Assembly: GCA_964489425.1 (NCBI GenBank)
Contig: CAZAYP010000006.1
Location: 47,802-111,801, forward strand
Length of the DNA: 64,000 nt
DNA from: an uncultured Verrucomicrobiota bacterium
Lineage (GTDB): Bacteria; Verrucomicrobiota; Kiritimatiellia; RZYC01; CAZAYP01
Reading direction: 5' to 3'
Numbering within the stretch: position 1 is the first letter of the stretch; the number at the start of each line of letters is the position of its first letter. Position numbers and translations under genes: made by a program. Shown here piece by piece: positions 17,056 to 25,000 of this stretch. A model generated the notes under the pieces. The model saw nothing but the letters and a program-made list of their open reading frames with translations, made no database searches and was not told where the DNA came from.

Positions 17056-17187
17056 GTGACCGGGGAAACGAGCTTGGAACCAATCAGCGAGCTAGAAACG
17101 GCGGTTCTAACACTGCGCGGGGTTAAGGTTCTGCTTGACGCCGATCTGGCCCGCATTTATGGGGTTCCGACCACGTTGTTGAACTAG
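17056..17187 (+). pseudogene. Truncated ORF6N/KilA-N-type DNA-binding domain remnant
   Basis: The hand-read frame gives V..ETSLEPISELETAVLTLRGVKVLLDADLARIYGVPTTLLN*. It matches the N-terminal I..LRG.KV(M/L)LD.DLA.(L/I)YGV signature of ORF6N domain proteins. It stops after about 43 codons, where full-length members continue. It lies in a low-GC non-coding stretch. Confidence 0.45.
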
Positions 17188-17708
17188 CCGGCCAGCCCGA
17201 GGATCCGCGCCTGCCGGGCCGGGTGGTTGAGCGCGGCGAGGCCGCGGTCCGGCCGCCGCGACTGCAGGCGCACCAAGGCGGCGCGCAGGGCCCGCGACTC
17301 TGGTGACTGCGCCGGTTGTTTCTGGCGGGCAGTTTTACGCGCGCGGATCCGGCGCATGGCGGCCTCCGGGAAGAAAAAAGACGTCGGACGGCATTAAACC
17401 TTGCCTTGCGGAGCTCGTCGCCTGTCGCCCGACGTCAAAATATTTATAGAGGCGGTTCCCACCGCCAAGGCGCGACAAAACGCGCGCCGCAAAAGAGTTT
17501 TCATGATCCGATCCCGTACCCCACGTGACCAGCCGCCACCCCGGCAACCGGTCAACACGCGTGTTCTTAGAACATATCGCGTCTGATTGTCACAATATAT
17601 TTTGTGTTTTTTAGTTTTTCTCGCGGAGGCACGGAGCGCGCGGAGAAGAAGAGGAACTGTAATGGGCGCTCGGGCGGGCCGCCCGCCATCGCCACCGGGC
17701 AAATAGGA

Positions 17709-18827
17709 TCAAGCCGCCGGTCCGGGTTGGGCCTGGCCGGCGCCGCTGCGTGCGGTTCCCTGTTTGTAGAACGGCAAGCTCACGACGCGCGCGGGCAGGA
17801 CCCCGCCCTTGACCGCGATCGCCAGCGCCTGGCCGGGCGCCGCGAGCGGCCGCTCCACGTAGGCCAGGGCCACGGCCACGCCCAGGCTGGGCGCGACCGA
17901 TCCGCTGGTGACCGTGCCCACGCGCCGGCCGGCGTACTGCACCGCGTCGCCCGCGCGCGCGGCGCGGCGCGATTCCAGCTGCAGGCCCACCAGGTAGGGC
18001 ACGGCGCTGTCTGCCAGGTCGCGCATCACGCGCGCCTTGCCGATGAATTCCTTGGCCTGGTCGATGAACTGGCCGCGGCCGGCGCCCACCGGGGACTGAT
18101 CCTCGTTCAACTCGTGGCCGTACAGCGGGTAGCCCATTTCCAGGCGCAGCGTGTCGCGCGCGCCGAGGCCCACGGGCTGGATGGCCGGATTGGCGAGCAG
18201 CAGATCCCACAGGCGCACCGCCTCGGAGGCGGGAAAATACAGCTCGTAGCCCCATTCGCCGGTGTAGCCCGTGCGGCTGACCAGGCACGGCATGCCGTTC
18301 CAGTTTTCCTCGGCAAACCGGAAATACTTGAGCTCCGGCAAGACCCGCCCCAGGGCGCGCTCGGTTTCCACGCGAGCTCGCGGACCCTGCACGTCCAGCT
18401 TGGCCGTGGCCGCGGAGACGTCGCGAAATACTGTGGCGGGCGACAGGTGGCTCTTGATCCAGGCCGCATCACGCGCGCACGTCCCCGCGTTGACCACCAG
18501 GTAAAACCGGTCCGTGGCCCGGCGGTAGCAGGTCAGGTCGTCCAGCACGCCGCCGGCATCGTTGAGCAGGTAACCGTAGCGGCACTGGCCGACCTGGAGG
18601 CTGGCGATGCCCTGCGTGAGCAGGCGGTCCAGGTCCTGCGCCGCGGTTGGACCCTCGACCTCGAACTCGCCCATGTGGCAGATGTCGAACAGCGCGCAGG
18701 CGGTCCGGGTGTGGGCGTGCTCCGCCAGGATCCCGGCGTACTGGATGGGCATGTCCCAGCCGCCGAACGGCGCCATGCGCGCGCCCTGGGCCACATGCCG
18801 GTCATACAAAGGGGTTCTGGAATTCAT
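17709..18827 (-). CDS. gcvT: Glycine cleavage system aminomethyltransferase T
   Basis: MNSRTPLYDRHVAQGARMAPFGGWDMPIQYAGILAEHAHTRTACALFDICHMGEF is the classic GcvT N-terminus. The 372-aa length is as expected. Confidence 0.95.
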   Translation of the reverse strand: MNSRTPLYDRHVAQGARMAPFGGWDMPIQYAGILAEHAHTRTACALFDICHMGEFEVEGPTAAQDLDRLLTQGIASLQVGQCRYGYLLNDAGGVLDDLTCYRRATDRFYLVVNAGTCARDAAWIKSHLSPATVFRDVSAATAKLDVQGPRARVETERALGRVLPELKYFRFAEENWNGMPCLVSRTGYTGEWGYELYFPASEAVRLWDLLLANPAIQPVGLGARDTLRLEMGYPLYGHELNEDQSPVGAGRGQFIDQAKEFIGKARVMRDLADSAVPYLVGLQLESRRAARAGDAVQYAGRRVGTVTSGSVAPSLGVAVALAYVERPLAAPGQALAIAVKGGVLPARVVSLPFYKQGTARSGAGQAQPGPAA

Positions 18828-19683
18828 GGTAGGATTTGCCTCGCTTCCACTGGAGTTGTTCGGGGTTGTCTGTTGATTTTCGCATCAGCCCGTTTTCGCA
18901 CCTGACCGCCACCGGCCGCCGGTCGAAATAGGCGCGGTTGGGGCTGTCCCAGTCGCCCGCGCCCGCCGGCCGCAGCGACTCGTGGTGCAGATGCAGGGCC
19001 CGCGCCGCCGCGATCACCGACCCCGGCTGGCAGCCGGCCATGAGCAGGCGCAGGGAGAGATCGTTGTCTTCCAGGCCCCAGCCCACGTAGTTTTCGTCGA
19101 AGCCGTTGACCGCCTCAAAATCAGCGCGGAACAGGGAAAAATGGCAGCCGAGAATGCGCGGCTTGTGGGGTTTCACCAAGCCCCACGGCCGCCAGAACGC
19201 GTGGCGCCGGAACTTGCGTTCGTGGCGCCGGATTTCGGCATGGTCGGCCGCCTGCCACGCCTGCTCCAGGGCAGCGCCATCAAAACTTGCGGCGAAAAGC
19301 GGCGCGGCTTGCGCCGCGGAAAGCAACGCGCGGTCGCCGGCCAGGAAGCGCCCGGGCCGGGCCTGCGCCGCATGGACCGCGAGGGCGTCGGGCAGCAGCA
19401 GGATGTCGCAGTCCAGGAACACAAGGTAGTCGCCGGTCGCGGCGCGCACCGCGAGGTTGCGCGCGGCTGCGAGCCGGTACCCGGCGTCCTCCTGGCGCAC
19501 GTACCAGGTCGGCAGCGGGCAGGCGTCGAGGCACGCCTTGATCTGCGCTTGGGCCGCCGCGTCCGAGCCGTCATCCGCGACGACCACCTCGTCGCCGGCG
19601 GTGGTCTGCAGGGTCAGCGCGTGCAGGCAGCTCTGGAGATGGCGCGGCCGGTTGTACACCGTGATAATAATGCTCTTCTTCAT
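18802..19683 (-). CDS. Family 2 glycosyltransferase (with a beta-4-GalT-like C-terminal part)
   Basis: From the ATG at 19683 the protein reads MKKSIIITVYNRPRHLQSCLHAL...VVVADDGSD...YLVFLDCDILL...NGFDENYVGWGLEDNDLSLRL. The track ORF extends to 19929, but the GT2 fold begins at MKKS. Its 3' end overlaps the gcvT start by 26 nt. Confidence 0.85.
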   Translation of the reverse strand: MKKSIIITVYNRPRHLQSCLHALTLQTTAGDEVVVADDGSDAAAQAQIKACLDACPLPTWYVRQEDAGYRLAAARNLAVRAATGDYLVFLDCDILLLPDALAVHAAQARPGRFLAGDRALLSAAQAAPLFAASFDGAALEQAWQAADHAEIRRHERKFRRHAFWRPWGLVKPHKPRILGCHFSLFRADFEAVNGFDENYVGWGLEDNDLSLRLLMAGCQPGSVIAAARALHLHHESLRPAGAGDWDSPNRAYFDRRPVAVRCENGLMRKSTDNPEQLQWKRGKSYHEFQNPFV

Positions 19684-19810
19684 GCCCGGCGGCATTATTC
19701 CATGCGGCGGCGCGAAATGCATGAAGTTTTTTGCGGCCGGCGGGCGCCCCGGCGAAAGATGTCTGGAGATAGCACGGCCGGCTGTGTTAAGCTGGCGGCG
19801 GAGGTAAAAT

Positions 19811-20017
19811 ATGAAGCGTTTTTTCACACTGGAGTACTGGGTGGACGACGGCTGGTTCGTGGGGAAATTGAAGGAAATCCCAGGCATCTTCAGCCAGGGA
19901 GAAACCTTGGAAGAACTCAAGCTCAACATTGTCGACGCCTACCGCATGATGCTGGAGGCCGAGCCGGCGCCGGGCCGGGCTGACGCCCGAACGCTCGAGG
20001 TCGGAGTGGAGGTGTGA
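19811..20017 (+). CDS. hicB: HicB-like antitoxin (short, UPF0150 fold only)
   Basis: The sequence FVGKLKEIPGIFSQGETLEELKLNIVDAYRMMLE matches the HicB N-domain signature (..PG..sqG.T.eE....i.eA). GGAGG lies 6 nt upstream of the ATG. The stop overlaps the hicA GTG start (GTGA). Confidence 0.7.
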   Translation: MKRFFTLEYWVDDGWFVGKLKEIPGIFSQGETLEELKLNIVDAYRMMLEAEPAPGRADARTLEVGVEV

Positions 20018-20196
20018 AACGGAATGAGTTCGTCAGGTCGCTCGTCCGGCGGGGATGCTACCTGCATCGTCATGGGGCACGCCATGATATCTATGCCAAC
20101 CCACAGACCGGGCGTAAATCCCCGGTGCCGAGGCATCCTGAACTCAAAGATTCACTCGCCCGCTTAATCGAGCATCAGCTCGGTTGGGAGCCCTAG
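20014..20196 (+). CDS. hicA: HicA-family mRNA-interferase toxin
   Basis: 60 aa with a GTG start. The pattern KRNEFVRSLVRRGCYLHRHGARHDIYANPQTGRKSPVPRHPELKDSLARLIEHQLG matches HicA/YcfA (...G....R..GSHh.....g....t.P.H..). Confidence 0.75.
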   Translation: MKRNEFVRSLVRRGCYLHRHGARHDIYANPQTGRKSPVPRHPELKDSLARLIEHQLGWEP

Positions 20197-20228
20197 CCAT
20201 ACCCGCAAGCCGCCGGACAGAACCCGCG

Positions 20229-20855
20229 ATGGTCTGGGGGCAATCCACGATGAGCACCCGCAAAAAAGCGCCGCCGGTCAGCGCCCGGATTTTCCCGGAC
20301 TCCTGGCTCGTGCCCATTCCCCTGGCGCGCTACTTCCCGCGGGAGCAGCCGCTGGAGGTGGATGTCGGCTGCGGCAAGGGCCGGTTCCTGCTCGCGCGCG
20401 CGGCCGCGCACCCGGACGTGAACCACCTCGGCCTGGACCGCATGCTCAAGCGGGTGCGCAAGGTGGATCGCAAGATCTACAGCCGCGGGCTGGACAACGT
20501 GCGGCTGCTGCGCATGGAAGCCTACTACGCGGTCACCTACCTCATGCCGCCGGCCGCCGTGCGGACCTATTATATTTTTTTCCCGGATCCCTGGCCCAAG
20601 AAGCGCCACCTGTTCAACCGCCTGTTTGACGCCCGGTTCCTGGACGCCGTGCACCGGACCCTGGCGCCCGGCGGGGCGCTGCATTTTGCCACGGATCACG
20701 AGCCCTACTTCGAACCCGTGCGCGACCTGCTGCGCGCGGACGCGCGGTTCCGCGAAATCGCGCCGTTCGTGCTGGCCCCGGAAGAGCGCACGGACTTCGA
20801 GCTGCTGTTCCTGCCCCAGAAACCCATCGGACGCTGCTCGGTCGTCAAGGCGTAG
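20229..20855 (+). CDS. trmB: tRNA (guanine-N7)-methyltransferase
   Basis: Contains VDVGCGKGRFLL (SAM motif) and the YIFFPDPWPKKRH TrmB signature. The track start at 20184 is a TTG inside hicA. The first ATG is at 20229, with an alternative at 20250. Confidence 0.9.
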   Translation: MVWGQSTMSTRKKAPPVSARIFPDSWLVPIPLARYFPREQPLEVDVGCGKGRFLLARAAAHPDVNHLGLDRMLKRVRKVDRKIYSRGLDNVRLLRMEAYYAVTYLMPPAAVRTYYIFFPDPWPKKRHLFNRLFDARFLDAVHRTLAPGGALHFATDHEPYFEPVRDLLRADARFREIAPFVLAPEERTDFELLFLPQKPIGRCSVVKA

Positions 20856-20978
20856 GCCGGTGTTGGATTCCGAACCCCCGCGGATTCGTCTTGATGAGCA
20901 AGGCCGGGACGGTTATCTTGCCGTGCAATCAGGGCGCGGCGGAAACGTTGCGCTGGTCGGAAGGAACAGAGGGTGCCC

Positions 20979-21983
20979 ATGCAAACCACCGCGGACCACG
21001 CACTGCGCCGGGATCGGCCGGAAATCCGGCCCGCCCGGATGAGTTGGAGCATCCTGGCCGCGGGCCTGGGGAGCTGGTTCCTGCTGGCCGCCGCGGGGTC
21101 GGCCGCTGAACGCAGCGGCAGCACGTATGTGCCGGGGTCGCTGGGCGACTTCAACCTCGGCGTGGTAGCCACCAACGCCGGATTCTTCGTGCGCAACGAC
21201 ATGTTCTACTACGAGGGCACCGACGCCCGCGCCGTGCGCAACGGCCAGGTCAACATGGACCTGCAGATGTCCGCCTGGGTGGATTCCGTGAAGCTGACGC
21301 TCGTGCCGGGCTGGACGCTGCTCGGCGCGCGCTACGCCGCCGCCCTGAACTTCGCCGTGGCCAACGCGCACGTGACCGGCGACGTGCGCACACAGAACGA
21401 GGATGGCACCCTCAGCGCGGAATGGCGATCCGGCACCAAAACCGCCCTGGCCGATATTTTCGTGACTCCGCTCGCGCTCGGCTGGAAGGTGGGCCCAATC
21501 CACGTGGCCTGGGCGGAAATGGTCACCATCCCCTCGGGCAGCTACAACCGCGACGACTTCGTCAACATCAGCCGCAACTACTGGGCGTTGGACTCGCAGC
21601 TTGCCGCCACCTGGCGTCACCCGGTCTATGGCCAGGAAGTCTCGCTCAAGGGCGGCTACATCCTCAACACCCGGAACCACGCCACCGACTATCTCACGGG
21701 CCAGGAAATTCACGTGGATGGATTGCTGGCCCAGCAACTCGGGAAAACCTTAAGCCTCGGCGCGGTCTGGTATTATTATGAACAGGTCACGGCCGACAGC
21801 GGCACCGGCGCCCTGCTGGGCGACTTCCAGGGGGAGGCGTTCGGCGCCGGCCCGGCGGTGCGCGTCATGCTGCCCCTGGGGCCGCGCACCATTTCCATCA
21901 TTGGCAAGTGGCTCCACGAGTTTTATACGCGCGACCGGTTCCAGGGCGACTACCTCTACCTTTGCGCCGCCACCCGGTTCTGA
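20979..21983 (+). CDS. Outer-membrane beta-barrel of the MetA-pathway/phenol-degradation-like transporter family
   Basis: A signal-like segment (MSWSILAAGLGSWFLLAAAGSAAE) is followed by alternating-hydrophobic strands and a C-terminal aromatic residue (..YLYLCAATRF). GSTYVPGSLGDFNLGV...FFVRNDMFYYEG resembles this family. The start is uncertain (GTG 20973, ATG 20979 or ATG 21039). Confidence 0.65.
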   Translation: MQTTADHALRRDRPEIRPARMSWSILAAGLGSWFLLAAAGSAAERSGSTYVPGSLGDFNLGVVATNAGFFVRNDMFYYEGTDARAVRNGQVNMDLQMSAWVDSVKLTLVPGWTLLGARYAAALNFAVANAHVTGDVRTQNEDGTLSAEWRSGTKTALADIFVTPLALGWKVGPIHVAWAEMVTIPSGSYNRDDFVNISRNYWALDSQLAATWRHPVYGQEVSLKGGYILNTRNHATDYLTGQEIHVDGLLAQQLGKTLSLGAVWYYYEQVTADSGTGALLGDFQGEAFGAGPAVRVMLPLGPRTISIIGKWLHEFYTRDRFQGDYLYLCAATRF

Positions 21984-22006
21984 CGCGCAAGGCGGCAGGC
22001 CAGGCG

Positions 22007-25000
22007 CTATTCTTGCAGCAGAATCAGCCAATCCAGGCTGGCCGCGAAGGCGCCCGGCCAGCCCTCGGCGGGACCGGCTTCGCCGACGCTGGGACCGACG
22101 GCATTGGTCGCGCCAACCCAGTACCAATAGTGGTTCGTGAGGCTCGCGGAGCCGTCGCGGTAGGTGGTCGCGGCCAGCGGGCCGCCCAGGGGCGTGGCGT
22201 GGGCGCGGTTGGTGTCGACGCCGCGCAGCAGCAGGTAGGCCGCGGCCTTGTTGACCGGGGCCCACGAGACATCGACATAGCCGGCCTGCGTGCCAGTGGT
22301 GGCTTGAATCCAGGCCGGCGCGGGCGGAACCACGGCCACCACGTAAGTAGCCGCAGTGTTGGTGGTGGCGCCGGCGGACAGCGTCACCGGCTGTAGCGCG
22401 GGCGACTGCCAGCCGTCCAGCGCCAGGAACACCTGGGTGTAGCTGCCGACCGGCGCGGTGCAGGCGGCTCCGCTGGCCAGCCAGTTGGTGTCAGCCAGGC
22501 CCGCCAGGCGCCAGCGGGCGCCGTCGCTCACGGCGCCGGGCGGCTGCAACACAGCCACCACGGTGCCGGTTGGGATCGGCGCCGCGGAGACGACGATGGT
22601 AGTTTCGCCCGTGGCAGAGCCGGCGAAGTTGGCCGCCACCACGCGGACGGTCCAGACCCCAACGGCATCGAACCGGAACGTGGCGGGCGTCAGGCCCTGG
22701 CCTGCCGCGGGCGGCGGGCTCCACGTGAACGCAAGAGGCGGGGTGGCGTTGGTCGGCATCCAGGCGGCGGCGAACGCCACCTCGGCGTTGACCACGGCCG
22801 TGGGCGGCCCAAGCGGCATCACGGCGACCACGGGAACCGGCTGGGGAACGGGCGGGTTGCCCGCCAAAAACGGAGCGGCAAACTCCGACGAACTGGAGAG
22901 AAACTCCGTGTTGGTTTCGGTCATGTTGACGGTAAGGTAAACGCCGTTGGTGAAGGGTTCGAAGCCCGTCATGACAGAATTGAATCCGCCGATGCCGTCG
23001 GGGCCGGTCATGCCCGCGCCCTGGCCGAGCGGCACATGGGCCCAGGCGCCATATTGATTGGTCTGGTAGGCGAAATAGAAATCCAGCAGGTAAAGGCGGC
23101 TGGGCTTGCCGACGATCATTCCGGCCACGGTCTGGTTGGTGGCCGTCACGCTCATGATGACCGGCGCCTTGATGCCCTCATTGGGCTGGTTGGTCGCGGA
23201 GGGCGCATTTGTGGCCAGGAAAATCGATTGCAGCGCGTTGGCGTAAATCCGGTTGTTCATGACCGAGATGCGCGAGCCGGTCCAGATGGCCACGCCGTTG
23301 CCGTTGTTGCGGGCAATGACGTTCGCGCCAACGATGCGGTTGCGGTCGCCGCCGCGCAGGTGCACGCCGTCCCCGGCGTTGGCAAGATCCTGGCCGTTGA
23401 TGTCGGACGTGCCGATCATGTTGTGGATGATCTGGTTCTGATCGCTGGCCGGCCCCGCGAGTTGGATGCCGGCGGCGCCGTTGCCGCCAATGCAGTTGTT
23501 AACGATTTGGGATAGCCTTGAATTCGTGTACAGGATGCCGCAATGGCTGTTGCCCAAGACCGTGGCTTTGTCCATGGACACGCCGATCTGGTTGCCGATA
23601 ATGATAAAATCCGTGCTTTCGAGGGCGGCGACACCGTGGCCGGCGTTATGGACGATCACGTTGCCATAGGCCTCGTTGGTGAACCCGATCATGTTGAAGG
23701 GCGTACCAACCAGCCGGATTCCGTCTTGCTGGTTGCCGTGGTTGCCGCCACTGAGGGTGGTGCCGACCGTATTGCCCATGAACACGTTTTGTTGAGCGGT
23801 AGCGCCTTCGATCAGCGCCCCGCAGCCCGCGTTGTGGCCGATGGCGTTGCCGTTGGAAACGATCAGGCCCCCCACAATGTTGCCAGGGGCGTTGGTAATG
23901 CGAATGCCGTGGCCCTGGTTGCCCAGCGCGGTGAAGTCGGTCTTGAATCCAACGTAGTTGCCCATGACCACATTGCCTTGCGAGAGCGGACCTTCGATGA
24001 CCATGCCATCGCCCAGGTTGCCGCCGATGAAATTGCCGACGCCCGCCAGGCCGGCGCCGATGACGTTCGAGGCGGTATTCACGATCCGCACCCCGGCGCC
24101 GCCGTTGGGCACCGCGCCAGCGCCAGTCTTGTTCAGTCCGATGAGGCAACCGAGCACCTTGGCCCCTTCGCAGGCGGTCGGGGGCAGCGCGCCTTGAATG
24201 TGGATACCGTCACCGGCGTTGCCGGCGATCACTGGCGCGCGGCCAAACCCCATGCCGATAAAAACATTCGTGCAGGTTTCAACTAAAATGCCGTGGCCCT
24301 TGTTGGTCGCTGCCGAGAGCCCGTCGAGCGCCAGCCCAATGGAGTTGCCGAGGATCTGGCCATCGGGCAGCGAATACAACGCCAGCGCGTTGGAGCCGCT
24401 GCCGCCAATGACATTGTAGGCGGTCGATGTCGCGCCCCCGAAGATCAGGTATTCATCCCCCTCGAAGAATACGCCCTGGCCCCGGTTTCCCAGCAACCGG
24501 CCGGCGGGATCCCATCCCACCAGGTTCGCTTGCACCTGGCAGTCGATCGAGGCAAACGAGGCGATGCCGACCCGGTTGCCGGCGATAAAGTTGGGCTGGT
24601 TCGTCAAGCCGACCCTGGTGTCGCCCGCATACTCCATGAGGATGCCGTAGTCGGCGTTGGTGATCACCATGCCGGCGGCGTTGGTGGCGCAGCCGATCAC
24701 GTTGTTGAGAATGTAATGGCCCACCGCGTAATCGCGCAACAACCACGAATTGTTGACGTGAATGCCCGCGTAACTGGCCCCGCCGATGGCATTGCCCCGC
24801 AGTACGCCGACATAGCTGTCCAGGCTGTTTTGAATCTCAATGCCCGTCACCATGGTCGTGGATACGAAAGTTGTAAAAGGATTGAACCCAATGATGTTGC
24901 CATCCACCCGGTTGCGGAGACCCATGCCATAGGCCGCCAAGCCGTACATGCCGACGCCCACCACGCCATCCACGATATTCGCTTCTTCCGGTTGCGCGCC

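Noticed and set aside
18828-18905. Glycine riboswitch upstream of gcvT
   Set aside because: The upstream sequence is the 3' end of the GT2 coding region, which overlaps the gcvT start by 26 nt. That leaves no room for a ~100-200 nt tandem glycine aptamer, and I see no such conserved stems.
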